From positions 8,073 through 72,072 of the forward strand of contig JACQSC010000010.1 of the NCBI GenBank assembly GCA_016206155.1: a DNA stretch of 64,000 bases, written 5' to 3'. Each line of letters opens with the position of its first letter. Within the stretch, counting starts at the first letter, position 1. A program made the translations under genes and the position numbers. Under the pieces are notes generated by a model, which searched no databases, was not told the DNA's origin, and was given only the letters and a program-made list of their open reading frames with translations. Shown here one piece after another: positions 17,309 through 27,474 of the stretch. The DNA comes from Candidatus Uhrbacteria bacterium (lineage in GTDB: Bacteria > Patescibacteriota > Patescibacteriia > JACQRZ01).

Positions 17309-18700
17309 TTACAAAGAATACTTTTCCTGAAGATATACAACAAGTTCCGGAATCGCAATGCGTTCCTGCTTCATTGAATCGCGATCACGCACAGTCACCG
17401 CATTATCCTCAAGTGATTCAAAGTCAATGGTCACGCAATACGGCGTTCCGATTTCATCTTGCCGGCGATAGCGCTTGCCGATGCTTTGCGTTTCATCATA
17501 ATCCGTCATCCAGCGAAAGGCAAGAAACGCATGTACCTCACGAGCCTTTGGAATGAGTGTTTCATTCTTTGACAAAGGCAATACTGCGACCTTGTATGGA
17601 GCGAGGCGGGGATGGAGCTTGAGAACAACGCGCGTTTCTGTTTTACCGCCCTCAGCAGTTGGCGCCTCTTCTTCACAATATGCGGCCAACAGAGTCATGA
17701 GCGTCAAGCGCGTCAAGCCGAATGTCGGCTCAATCACATGCGGAACGAACTTCTCGTCGCTCTCCGGATCGGTATACGTGAGGTTCTCGCCCGAATGTTT
17801 CATGTGATTAGACAGATCAAAGTCGGTGCGGTATGCAAGCCCAAACATCTCCTTCCACCCGAAGGGCGTGTTATACTCCAAATCGCATGTTCGCTTCGAA
17901 TAGTGGGAAAGCTCTTCTTTTGTGTGTTCGCGTACGCGCAAAGAATGTTGTGCAAAACCCATCTCGGCAACCCATGCCTTCTGTTCTGATAGCCAATAAT
18001 CAAAGTATCGCCCCCAATCCTGCTCGCGAATAAAATATTCGAATTCCATCAGATCAAACTCGAGCGTTCTGAAAATAAAGTTGCCGGGAGTAATTTCATT
18101 GCGAAACACTTTCCCGATTGATGCAATTCCAAAGGGGATGCGCTTGCGCGACGTATCGAGAACACTCTTAAAATTGACAAACATCGCTTGCGCAAGCTCT
18201 CCCCGAAGGTACACGGTGTTTTTTTCGCCTTCCACCGACCCCAATGACGTCTGGAAAAGAAGATTAAATTTTCTCGCGCCGGTGAATGCGTTTGTTGCGC
18301 CACAGGCGGGGCACTGTATCTCCTTCTCTGCAATAATCGCTGAAAGTTCTTCAACCGGCTTCCCGTCAACCTTCAGATCAGGAAACGCATCCTCGATGAG
18401 ATGATCGGCTCGGTGGCGGCTTTTGCACTTTTTACAATCAACTAATGCGTCATTAAACCCGGCGACGTGCCCTGATGCCTCCCATACTTTTGGGTTCATC
18501 ATAATTGCCGCATCAATGCCAACCATATCCAGGCGCCCTTGAACAAAACGCTTCCACCACCAGTCGCGGATATTATTCTTTAATTCGGTCCCGAGCGGCC
18601 CGTAATCCCACGAATTTGCCAGTCCGCCATATATTTCAGAGCCCTGAAAGATAAATCCGCGGCGCTTGCACAAACTAACCACTGTTTCCATTGTTACCAT
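17309..18700 (-). CDS. glyQS: Glycine--tRNA ligase (dimeric alpha2 type)
   Basis: RRGFIFQGSEIYGGLANSWDYGPLG and class-II motifs of the glyQS type. Confidence 0.9.
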   Translation of the reverse strand: MVTMETVVSLCKRRGFIFQGSEIYGGLANSWDYGPLGTELKNNIRDWWWKRFVQGRLDMVGIDAAIMMNPKVWEASGHVAGFNDALVDCKKCKSRHRADHLIEDAFPDLKVDGKPVEELSAIIAEKEIQCPACGATNAFTGARKFNLLFQTSLGSVEGEKNTVYLRGELAQAMFVNFKSVLDTSRKRIPFGIASIGKVFRNEITPGNFIFRTLEFDLMEFEYFIREQDWGRYFDYWLSEQKAWVAEMGFAQHSLRVREHTKEELSHYSKRTCDLEYNTPFGWKEMFGLAYRTDFDLSNHMKHSGENLTYTDPESDEKFVPHVIEPTFGLTRLTLMTLLAAYCEEEAPTAEGGKTETRVVLKLHPRLAPYKVAVLPLSKNETLIPKAREVHAFLAFRWMTDYDETQSIGKRYRRQDEIGTPYCVTIDFESLEDNAVTVRDRDSMKQERIAIPELVVYLQEKYSL

Positions 18701-18701
18701 A

Positions 18702-19784
18702 TTAATAAAATATTCCTTTTACCAATGATTCAAACACTTCCTGATTGCGCGCAACTTCGCGCGCGTGCTCCAGTGAGATGACACGACTCCGCACGAGATT
18801 GACAAGTTCGTGATCAAAGCTTACCATCCCCTCTTGCCGAGATTGGGCGATCACGCCATCGAGCTGCGTGAGTTTGTCGGAAAGAATAAATGCGCGTACC
18901 GACGGCGTATTCACCAGCACCTCATGAACCGGAACAAGCCCTCCGCCGATTTTTGGAAGGAGATATTGGATAACCGTCCCGCGCAGTACATCGGCAAGCA
19001 GTTCCTTGATATAGACTTGTTCATGTGGAAGAAACGAGGAAAGAAGCTTTTCAAGCGCTTTTTCTGATGAACTGACATCAAGCACAGTGATGACAAGAAG
19101 TCCCGCGTTGGCGAGTTCAAGCGCTCGTCGAATGACCGCGGGCGTCGGCAGGTCGCTGATGAAGAGAATGTCAACATCTTCTCTCTCAATCGATACAAGC
19201 CCATCTTCAAAACTGTTCACGTCCTTCCCGACTTCCCGCTGATTGACGATGCTGCTCGCACCAACAAGGTTGTATTCAATGGGTTCTTCAAGTGTCAAAA
19301 TATGCTCGGTGCGCTGCTGGTTAATATGCTCAAGCAAGGTCATCGCAAGCGTAGTGCGCCCGGATCCATAATGGCCGCCAACAATAAGCAGGCCATTCTT
19401 TACGGTGGTAAATCGTTCGATAGCCTTTGGAACACCGAGCGAGCGTACCGTGCCGACATCAAGGCGCAACAAGCGCAAGCTGACAGTAAGATACCCTTCT
19501 TGATAAAAAATATGGATTTTTGTCCGTATTTTTTCGTCGAACACCATTGTGAAAACAAGATCACGATTCTTCTCCAACCGTTCCCTCTGCGGCTGATCAA
19601 TAATAGAATCGACAATCCGTTCCAGTCGAATTGCGGTCATAAGCTCTTCATCTTCGACGGGAATGAGCATGCCATCGACCCGAATCATGGGCGGAGAGCC
19701 GATCGTCAAGTGCAGATCGGTTGCTTCTCGCTTGGCGGCTGTAACCAACAGTTTTCGAAATGCAAGTGTTTCTACGGTGTCCAT
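18702..19784 (-). CDS. pilT: PilT-like type IV pilus retraction ATPase with a non-canonical Walker A (Arg in place of Lys)
   Basis: PilT/GspE-fold similarity, but the Walker A reads GGHYGSGRTT (canonical GPTGSGKST). The track ORF starts with GTG at 19832 inside a repeat; the ATG (MDTVETL) is at 19784. Confidence 0.75.
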   Translation of the reverse strand: MDTVETLAFRKLLVTAAKREATDLHLTIGSPPMIRVDGMLIPVEDEELMTAIRLERIVDSIIDQPQRERLEKNRDLVFTMVFDEKIRTKIHIFYQEGYLTVSLRLLRLDVGTVRSLGVPKAIERFTTVKNGLLIVGGHYGSGRTTLAMTLLEHINQQRTEHILTLEEPIEYNLVGASSIVNQREVGKDVNSFEDGLVSIEREDVDILFISDLPTPAVIRRALELANAGLLVITVLDVSSSEKALEKLLSSFLPHEQVYIKELLADVLRGTVIQYLLPKIGGGLVPVHEVLVNTPSVRAFILSDKLTQLDGVIAQSRQEGMVSFDHELVNLVRSRVISLEHAREVARNQEVFESLVKGIFY

Positions 19785-19832
19785 GGATATGCAGGGGTTA
19801 GGGTATAGGGTATAGGGTATAGGATAGAGCAC
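19785..19832 (-). repeat. Telomere-like heptamer array; coding-strand (CCCTATA)x3-CCCTAACCCC directly 5' of the pilT ATG
   Basis: Top gggttagggtatagggtatagggtatagga. Four or more GGG tracts on the template strand. Confidence 0.7.
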
Positions 19833-19870
19833 ATCCGGTCAATGGCTAAACCGGTTTATCCATTGAATAG

Positions 19871-22324
19871 TCATGAACGAATAGCTGCGCTAAATTTTTT
19901 CGCAAGCGCATCAACGACTGATGCGTGCGCGCGATCCGCCTCTTCTGACGTGAGCGTTCTGTCGCGAGCCTGATACGTGATGTGGAACGAGAGGCATTTT
20001 TTATTTTTTCCCACTTTTTTTTCATCGCGAAAGATGGCACGCGGTTCAAAGACGCTGATAAGGGGGTGTGCGCACGCAAGCGCGCGCGCAATAGCGTCAT
20101 ACGAATGCCGCTCGTCGATCACAAACGTTACGTTGCGAAAACTCGCGGGAAATTCACTGGGTTGGACATAGCGAAGAACATCGCGAGACTGTTTGGCAAG
20201 GAGCGACAGATCAATTTCGCACGCAACTGTCGGTTCATCAATACCGAGTTGTGTTCGTGTCGCTCTCGCAATTTCCCCAATTGCGCCGACCCCTACGCCG
20301 TTCACCATAATCACGGCAGAACGGTTGGGGTAAAAGAGCGACAAAGACGACACCTTTCCGAGCTGTGCATTCCAACCAAGAAACGAAAGGGTTGCTTTCA
20401 TGGCATCGGTACAAAAGGCAAATCTCTTGGCATCATCTCGCGATCCGAAAACAAACGCCCAAAGGAGCGGTTGATGAGGAACGACCGGGCTGTGATCAGA
20501 CGGAATGCTCGGATATGATGATTCTTTCAAAAAAACGCGATTGATTTCAAAATAGGCGTGGCGTTTCTCCTTTTGCTGATTTCTTTCAAGAACTTCCAAA
20601 AGGTTGGGGATAAGCGACCGGCACAACAACGGCCGCTCTTCGGATAAGGGATTTGCAAGTTTCACGTAATCGTCAACGGAGTGTCCGACAGCGCGTACCG
20701 TCTGAGGTCTGGAAAACGCATACGTATATGTTTCGTGAAACGCAAAACGTAACGAAAGATGATGCCGTATGTCACGGCACACCGCGCGCAGTGTATCAGG
20801 ATGCGAAACCGAAAGCGCCACCCGCGGCAGAGCAGAGGGAACGGTCTCATATCCGGCAAGACGAAGAATTTCCTCAAGAATATCCTCGGGCAGCATCACA
20901 TCCTTTCTTCGAAACGACGGCACATCAACGGCTATACTCTGTCTCCCTGCGCGAACGCCAAAACCCAAGCGTTTCAAGAGTGTCACCATCCTCCCCAAGG
21001 GAAACGCGATACCAAGCCGTCTCTCAATATACTCACGGGTAAGCACGATGGGTCTTGATTGTGGCCGCGGACGGAAGACATCGCGCACCGCGCTTGACAC
21101 GCGGCTTTGGGGAAATATTTTCGCGCATAACTGCAAACAGCGTGCCATGGCAAGGCGCGGAAGCTCGGGGTCAAGATCTTTCTCAAATCTGCGCGAACTC
21201 TCCGACACCAAACCAAGTTTTGTTGCGGTGCGGCGAATAGACGCGGGCGCAAAATGCGCAGCCTCAAAAACGACTGTTGTTGTGCTCTCTGTCACACCGC
21301 TTGTCAGTCCCCCCATTACGCCCGCAATCGCGATCGGGCCGCTCTGATTTGCCACAATCAATGAATCGGATGAAAGCACATACTCGCCCCCGTCCAGTGC
21401 GCGGATAGATTCTCCTTCCTGCGCGCGACGCACAATGATATGGGCGTTTTCCTTCTCTGCAATGGCGTCAAAATCAAATGCGTGCATTGGCTGCCCATAC
21501 TCAAGCATCACGTAATTAGTAATATCCACAAGCGCGCTGATCGGCCGAACACCGGCAGCGGAAAGCCGTTCTTGCATCCATCCGGGAGATGACATATATG
21601 AGACTCCGTCTACCGCAAGACCAATATACCGAGAACACAGATCGGCATCGGATACCGTAACGGTGAGCGAACGTCCGGTGCCACCAGGCAATGCCGGCAT
21701 CTTCTTGTCATGAAACGGCGCAGCGAATAGCGCGGCGCATTCACGCGCCATTCCGCGATGTCCCCACAGATCAGAACGATGGGAGAGAGATTTATTATCA
21801 ATCTCAAACACGGTGTGCGCGGGCAGTGCTTTTTCAAGAGACGTTCCAGCGGGCGCAGCAAGAGCCGAGAGATCAAGAATCTCGTGCTCCGCGCATGAAG
21901 GGAATACATCGGCAAGACTAATTTCTGCGCTGGCACAAATCATACCGTCACTTTCTACCCCCCGGATTGCCGTCTTTTCGAGGAGAATCGGATCACCCTG
22001 CCCGTGCCATCGCACCCGAGCGCCGGGGAGCGCAACGGCGACCTTCATACCAACTGCAAGATTGCTTCCACCGCAAATAATTGACAGCGGCTTTTTTTTG
22101 TTTCCGCAATGTACGTGCGCGATACGCAACCGATCCGCATTCGGATGCGGTTCAATCGTAAGAATTTCTCCAACGACAATATCGTGCCAATCCTGTAAGC
22201 CGCCACCCGACCGCACGCCTTCAACCTCAACAGTGGAAAGCGACAACCGACGCGCAATTTCCTCATCGGTCGCGGTTTTCGGCAACGAAACAAATTCTAG
22301 CAACCAATCCTTAACGAGAAGCAT
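19871..22324 (-). CDS. pheT: Phenylalanine--tRNA ligase beta subunit
   Basis: 817 aa with the tRNA-binding, B3/4, B5 and catalytic-like domains in PheT order. Confidence 0.9.
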   Translation of the reverse strand: MLLVKDWLLEFVSLPKTATDEEIARRLSLSTVEVEGVRSGGGLQDWHDIVVGEILTIEPHPNADRLRIAHVHCGNKKKPLSIICGGSNLAVGMKVAVALPGARVRWHGQGDPILLEKTAIRGVESDGMICASAEISLADVFPSCAEHEILDLSALAAPAGTSLEKALPAHTVFEIDNKSLSHRSDLWGHRGMARECAALFAAPFHDKKMPALPGGTGRSLTVTVSDADLCSRYIGLAVDGVSYMSSPGWMQERLSAAGVRPISALVDITNYVMLEYGQPMHAFDFDAIAEKENAHIIVRRAQEGESIRALDGGEYVLSSDSLIVANQSGPIAIAGVMGGLTSGVTESTTTVVFEAAHFAPASIRRTATKLGLVSESSRRFEKDLDPELPRLAMARCLQLCAKIFPQSRVSSAVRDVFRPRPQSRPIVLTREYIERRLGIAFPLGRMVTLLKRLGFGVRAGRQSIAVDVPSFRRKDVMLPEDILEEILRLAGYETVPSALPRVALSVSHPDTLRAVCRDIRHHLSLRFAFHETYTYAFSRPQTVRAVGHSVDDYVKLANPLSEERPLLCRSLIPNLLEVLERNQQKEKRHAYFEINRVFLKESSYPSIPSDHSPVVPHQPLLWAFVFGSRDDAKRFAFCTDAMKATLSFLGWNAQLGKVSSLSLFYPNRSAVIMVNGVGVGAIGEIARATRTQLGIDEPTVACEIDLSLLAKQSRDVLRYVQPSEFPASFRNVTFVIDERHSYDAIARALACAHPLISVFEPRAIFRDEKKVGKNKKCLSFHITYQARDRTLTSEEADRAHASVVDALAKKFSAAIRS

Positions 22325-22338
22325 AGTTCTATCAACAA

Positions 22339-23175
22339 TTATTCAATGAGAACATTATACGGGGTTTCTTTTGTTTTTTCTAGTTTTGAAGAAAGAAGGA
22401 CAAATGTCTCTGATGATGGCTCATATTCAAACACCTCTTCAATACGAGGATGGTCGCATGCCATACATTCATCACCATACTGTTCTCCGCGTACAATAAT
22501 TTCCGGGATGTGATTTCCATTTTGGTCAGAATAAATAAAATCCGCCCGGAGATAATTGCGCTCGAATGCTTGAACTAAGTGAAGCGCGCCTGCATCATAT
22601 CGAAACAGGTATGCCTGAACATCCTGCCTTCCGCCGGTTGAATAAACAATAATCTCTGGAATTGCATCGCTGGTCACGTCAATGGCTGTCGGCGGACCAC
22701 CGCTATATTGGCGATCAATCTTTTGTTGAGTGTGTTTCAGTGTTGACCCCTCCTGATCAATAATCATGATCGTAAGATATTCATGACCCAACGGATCGTC
22801 AAAGATCAAAACCAACTCATTGACTCCATCATTATCAAAATCAGCGGAAATAGAATTGGCCGTGCCGGATTCAAAAAACATACAGACATATACTGTCTGA
22901 TTATTCCCTTTAAGCACGTTGCCGTTCCAAAAATCGTCGGCACGCATTTTCTTCTTCTGCTCAACGATATCGTTGGCATTGATGCGTATCGTAAGGCTAT
23001 CCTTTTTCAGAAATGACCGGCGGGCAACCGTATTCTGCCACCAGCTTTTTGCTGATGCCGTAATTTCGATGAGATAGATGCCGCTTCGTTCTATGGCAAT
23101 GCTTTCTGAAAAATCGTCGGACAGAAAGGCGTTATGAATTTTTTGAAGTATTTTTTTCATTGCAGTATTTGACAT
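22339..23175 (-). CDS. Hypothetical protein with FG-GAP-like repeats. Its N-terminal domain is paralogous to the SLT protein at 40003-41829.
   Basis: Shared SAKSWWQNT...KKDSLTI...DFWNGNVLKG block. DxDNDG / PEIIV FG-GAP-like repeats. Confidence 0.5.
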   Translation of the reverse strand: MSNTAMKKILQKIHNAFLSDDFSESIAIERSGIYLIEITASAKSWWQNTVARRSFLKKDSLTIRINANDIVEQKKKMRADDFWNGNVLKGNNQTVYVCMFFESGTANSISADFDNDGVNELVLIFDDPLGHEYLTIMIIDQEGSTLKHTQQKIDRQYSGGPPTAIDVTSDAIPEIIVYSTGGRQDVQAYLFRYDAGALHLVQAFERNYLRADFIYSDQNGNHIPEIIVRGEQYGDECMACDHPRIEEVFEYEPSSETFVLLSSKLEKTKETPYNVLIE

Positions 23176-24314
23176 TTCATCTCAATAACATCTCGGCAAT
23201 TTTTAAGAAACGCCTCAAGGGGAATCACGTGAATATCCTGATCCCAAAACTCACGATCGCCGCCATAGATCAGTGTAGTGCGCGCTGTTGGATAGTTGCG
23301 ACGAAACGCGCGGAGTCCCCTAAACATATCCGAAGACAACCGTGCGCTTCGCTTCACTTCAAATGCCTGAATTCCGCGCTCTCCATAAAGAACAACATCG
23401 ACCTCTTGCCCGGTTGCAGTACGCCAAAAATAAAAACGAAATCCCCAACGAAGATAATGATTTAATGCTTTGAGCTCCTGAACGACGAGCGTTTCAAGAA
23501 CGGCGCCATCAATTTCTTCAACGCTATCAAGTGGACCACGAGGACGAATTGCACGGTACACCCCTGCGTCAAAAAAATAAAATTTTGGGTGTGATACAAC
23601 ATTCCGTTGTGCTCGTTTAGTAAAGACCGGGATCCGTTCTGCAATCAGCAAATCTTCGAGGATTGAGAAATAATGTTCAACAACCTTTCTGTTCACCGCG
23701 CATTCGCGTGAAACCTCAGATATGTTCAGCAGAGACCCTTGAGAAAAACTTGCCTCCTCCAAAAAACGCGTAAATGCTCCAAGATTTCTGGTAAGCCCTT
23801 CCTGCTGCACCTCCTCCCTAAGATATGTCGCCACATACGACTCCAAATACTGCCTTGCGTCGGGCTTCTGAATAACCGAGGGCAGCGTGCCAAAATTGAG
23901 CGCGTGAATAAAAGAAAAATCTTTGCCAAGCTCATGCGCAGTAAGGGGATACATGGTAAACGTGAGAGCTCTTCCGGCAAGTAAATTTACGTCCTTTGCT
24001 TTCAGCTTTCTTGTGCTTGAGCCGGTAAGTGCAAACACCAAACCGCGTGACTCTATGAGTCTATGAACCTCGTGAAGAAGCGCGGGAACACGCTGAACTT
24101 CATCTAGGATAACAATGCCTTTCTGATCCGTCGGAATCATGGAGGCAAGACGGTTTGGGCGAGCCAAAAAGTTGGTATAGATTTCCGAATCAAGAAGATC
24201 AAAATAAAGCGCGCCTGGAAACTGTGTTTTGAGCCATGTCGTCTTTCCCGTTCCTCGAGGCCCGAAAAGGAAGAAGCTTTTCCGCTCTTGAATTTTTAGT
24301 AATCTGGTATACAT
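23157..24314 (-). CDS. AAA+ ATPase (AAA_14 plus DUF4143 type)
   Basis: FLFGPRGTGKTT Walker A and DEVQ Walker B. Confidence 0.75.
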   Translation of the reverse strand: MYTRLLKIQERKSFFLFGPRGTGKTTWLKTQFPGALYFDLLDSEIYTNFLARPNRLASMIPTDQKGIVILDEVQRVPALLHEVHRLIESRGLVFALTGSSTRKLKAKDVNLLAGRALTFTMYPLTAHELGKDFSFIHALNFGTLPSVIQKPDARQYLESYVATYLREEVQQEGLTRNLGAFTRFLEEASFSQGSLLNISEVSRECAVNRKVVEHYFSILEDLLIAERIPVFTKRAQRNVVSHPKFYFFDAGVYRAIRPRGPLDSVEEIDGAVLETLVVQELKALNHYLRWGFRFYFWRTATGQEVDVVLYGERGIQAFEVKRSARLSSDMFRGLRAFRRNYPTARTTLIYGGDREFWDQDIHVIPLEAFLKNCRDVIEMKCQILQ

Positions 24315-24355
24315 AACTCCATTTTATATTAAAATTTGGAGTTGTCAATACCTTT

Positions 24356-25375
24356 TTAAAATTGCTTGAGAAAGTCGCTGTCTCCGCTATGAAAAAGGCG
24401 GACATCGGTTATGCCGTATTTGAGCATCGCGAGACGTGTGAGGCCAAAGCCAAAGGCAAATCCGGACCAGCGGCGCGCGTTAATGTCGGCTGCGCGCAAT
24501 ACGTTGGGGTGAATAAGACCGGCGCCGAACACTTCCAGAAATCCGGTCTGCTTGCATACGCGGCATCCCTTCCCCTCGCAGAGCATGCAGGTTACTTCCC
24601 CGCTCACGCCTGGCTCAACAAATGGATAATATTTGGGACGCAGCCGCATTCGTACCATTTCGCCAAACAACTGGTGCGCGACGGCCTCGAGCACGCCCTT
24701 GAGATGCGCAAACGATACGTCGGCATCAACGAGAAAACCTTCAAGCTGATGAAAGGTGTGTTCATGGCGCGCATCCGTCGCTTCATTCCGAAAACATCTG
24801 CCCGGAACAATTGCGGCAAGCGGTGCGCCGTACTGGCGTAACGCACGCACTTGCATCGGCGATGTATGGGTGCGCATAAGCAGGGCAGGCGCGTCTTTGA
24901 TATAAAAAGTGTCCTGCATATCTCGCGCCGGGTGATCTGCCGGATGATTGAGCGCTTCAAAGTTATAAAAATCATTTTCAAGCTCGGGCCCATCAAGAAC
25001 GCGAAACCCCATGGCGGAAAAACATTCTTCAAGCTCTTCGGAAATCTGCGTGACTGGATGCAGACTTCCCGTTGCGGGAATGGGAAGCAGCGGCTCCGAC
25101 AGATCAAACGGTTCGCTCCCTTCTTCCAGTCCGCCCACTATTGCGCGTCGCTCCTCAATCTGTTGCGTGAGTCGCGTTTTTAACGTATTTGCCTGCGCCC
25201 CGAATGTACGCCGCTCATGTTCCGGCTTGTCTTTCAATGACTTGAGCACCGTCGTGAGCAATCCTTGTTTCCTTCCAAAAAGCGAGAGCTCGACCTCGGC
25301 AAGCTCCTTGACTGTTTTCGCTTTTTTAATTGCGCGCTCCTCCCTATCCTGAATATCTTTTAATTCCGTGTTCAT
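24356..25375 (-). CDS. pheS: Phenylalanine--tRNA ligase alpha subunit
   Basis: FRNEATDARHEHTFHQLEGF class-II motif 2; SD AGGAGG upstream. Confidence 0.9.
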   Translation of the reverse strand: MNTELKDIQDREERAIKKAKTVKELAEVELSLFGRKQGLLTTVLKSLKDKPEHERRTFGAQANTLKTRLTQQIEERRAIVGGLEEGSEPFDLSEPLLPIPATGSLHPVTQISEELEECFSAMGFRVLDGPELENDFYNFEALNHPADHPARDMQDTFYIKDAPALLMRTHTSPMQVRALRQYGAPLAAIVPGRCFRNEATDARHEHTFHQLEGFLVDADVSFAHLKGVLEAVAHQLFGEMVRMRLRPKYYPFVEPGVSGEVTCMLCEGKGCRVCKQTGFLEVFGAGLIHPNVLRAADINARRWSGFAFGFGLTRLAMLKYGITDVRLFHSGDSDFLKQF

Positions 25376-25422
25376 TTTCGATTTTCTATTTCCTCCTATG
25401 TGTGAATGGTCAGTGAATTTAT

Positions 25423-27156
25423 TTACTCGCGAGTAACTCTCAGAAGTTCTTCCAGGCTTGTCTCACCGCGCAATGCTTTGACAATAACATCCTGTTTCAT
25501 TGATAAAAGTTTTTGCCGCGCGCGTTCCTTTTCAAGAACCTCGATATTTACCTTTGTATTAAGAATATTCTGGAGCTCGTCGCTCATAGAAATGGCCTCC
25601 ACAACAACCGTGCGCCCTTTGTACCCCAAATTGTCACACTCATCACAGCCGGCAGGGCGATAAAATGTTGATTTCCCACCGGCAGACACGAGCGTTTTGA
25701 TGAGCTGGGAATCTGGAAGTGATGCAATCTCGCCATCCACCTCTGCTTTTAAATAATCAGGTATCTCCGCGGGAACCTTGCAGTGTTGGCAGAGTTTGCG
25801 CACAAGGCGCTGTGCCGTAATGGTGTTGAGCGCGGCGCCGATCAAAAATGGCTCAACATGCATGTCGACAAGGCGCGGAATCACGCCAAGCGCGTCTTTT
25901 GCGTGAATCGTCGAGAGCATAAAGTGCCCCGTCAACGCCGTGTGAATAGCAAGCTCAGCCGTTTCCCGGTCTCGAATCTCACCCACCATAACAATATTCG
26001 GATCTTGGCGCAAGATGGCGCGCAATCCTGATGCGAAGGTCAAGCCGACATCGGTATTAATCTGAACTTGATTGAGACCCGGCGTTGCATATTCTATAGG
26101 ATCCTCAAGCGTGGTGATATTGACCGAATCGTTGTTGAGCGCGGTAAGCATTGAGTAAAGCGTAGTCGATTTTCCCGAACCGGTCGGACCTGAAATAAGA
26201 AGTACGCCCGTGGGTCGCTCGATAATCTTCTTGAGAACGGTAAGCGTGTTGCCCCAAAACCCCAGATCTTCAAGAGTAATCACTTTTGTCGTTGTCGGCA
26301 AAATGCGCATGACAACCTTTTCTTGCGCCATCATGGGGAGTGTCGAAACGCGAAGATTAATCTCCTCTTCATACACTTCAGTGTGTATGCGCCCATCTTG
26401 AGGAACGCGCGTTTCGTCGATCTTAAGGTTTGCAAGAACTTTCAAGCGGGCAACCAGCGCGGAATGCAGGTGTCCCGGAAGGGTGAGATACACGCGTAAA
26501 ACTCCATCGACACGAAAACGAACACGCGACTCTTTCTCTGATGGTTCAATATGAATGTCGGATGCCCCCGCGCTCACTGCCTCCTCCACAACAAGTGTCA
26601 CAATTTTTGCCACCGGCGCCTTGCGGATTGTTTCGCTGATGCTTACCCGCTTTTTGCGCTTCTCGCGGAGCTCTTCGCCTTTTTTCTGCTCAATTTGCTC
26701 AACCGCCTCGGTTACCTCTTTTTGAAATGCGGTGTAATTTTTGAGCGCGGCACGGTACCCGGTGGGGGTGGCAATATATTTTTCAAGATCATATCCCTCC
26801 TGCTTTGCCCAAAATTCGAGCGCCTCAAGCGCACGAAAATCCCCGGGGTTGGTAAGCGCAACTTTGACGGTATGATCCTGTTTGGCAAACACCACCATCT
26901 CATAGTTCTCCGCGGCGCTTTGCGGCAAAATAAGCAAAACATCCTGGGGAATCTCTGTGCGCACAAGGTCGACATACGGCAAGCCATACAATTCGCCCTT
27001 AAGCTTGACAATACCCTCCTCAGAGATAATGCCACTGGCGATAAGATGGCTTTCGAAATCTCTCTTTTCCTTTGCGGCATCGGCTTCAAGTCCAGCCACC
27101 GCATCAGGGGCAAGAATATTTGTATCAATCAGTTTTTTTATAAGCCGCGGATCCAT
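25423..27156 (-). CDS. pilB: Type IV pilus assembly ATPase PilB (GspE family)
   Basis: N-terminal GSPII_E_N domain, ISGPTGSGKSTTLYSML Walker A, tetracysteine CQHC...CDEC. Confidence 0.9.
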   Translation of the reverse strand: MDPRLIKKLIDTNILAPDAVAGLEADAAKEKRDFESHLIASGIISEEGIVKLKGELYGLPYVDLVRTEIPQDVLLILPQSAAENYEMVVFAKQDHTVKVALTNPGDFRALEALEFWAKQEGYDLEKYIATPTGYRAALKNYTAFQKEVTEAVEQIEQKKGEELREKRKKRVSISETIRKAPVAKIVTLVVEEAVSAGASDIHIEPSEKESRVRFRVDGVLRVYLTLPGHLHSALVARLKVLANLKIDETRVPQDGRIHTEVYEEEINLRVSTLPMMAQEKVVMRILPTTTKVITLEDLGFWGNTLTVLKKIIERPTGVLLISGPTGSGKSTTLYSMLTALNNDSVNITTLEDPIEYATPGLNQVQINTDVGLTFASGLRAILRQDPNIVMVGEIRDRETAELAIHTALTGHFMLSTIHAKDALGVIPRLVDMHVEPFLIGAALNTITAQRLVRKLCQHCKVPAEIPDYLKAEVDGEIASLPDSQLIKTLVSAGGKSTFYRPAGCDECDNLGYKGRTVVVEAISMSDELQNILNTKVNIEVLEKERARQKLLSMKQDVIVKALRGETSLEELLRVTRE

Positions 27157-27158
27157 AC

Positions 27159-27467
27159 CTATTCAGTCAATTGTGCTGGCGGACTAAATGGCTGCTTATT
27201 GCCCTTGACCCCGACTTCAAGCGGACTTTGAAGAGAATTCTTCAAACGCTTGAGAAGAGCGTGTTCGTAGACGACTCTTTTCCAGTCAACGAGCTTGATT
27301 TGGAGCTGGCGCTTTGTGCCAAGTTCAACAACCGATTCTACGCCACGAGGGGCGAATCGTGTGTAGTAATAGTATCCACCCCCGCCCAGCACAACAATCG
27401 CAAAGACAACCAATAGCGTTGTTTGTCGAGAGGGGCCTTTCTTTTTTTTCTGAATCATGTCAGCCAT
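27159..27467 (-). CDS. Small membrane-anchored protein in the pil operon (PilP-like?)
   Basis: MADMIQKKKKGPSRQTTLLVVFAIVVLGG TM. Operonic position between pilO and pilB. The track ORF is longer and overlaps pilO. Confidence 0.4.
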   Translation of the reverse strand: MADMIQKKKKGPSRQTTLLVVFAIVVLGGGGYYYYTRFAPRGVESVVELGTKRQLQIKLVDWKRVVYEHALLKRLKNSLQSPLEVGVKGNKQPFSPPAQLTE

Positions 27468-27474
27468 ATCGTTG

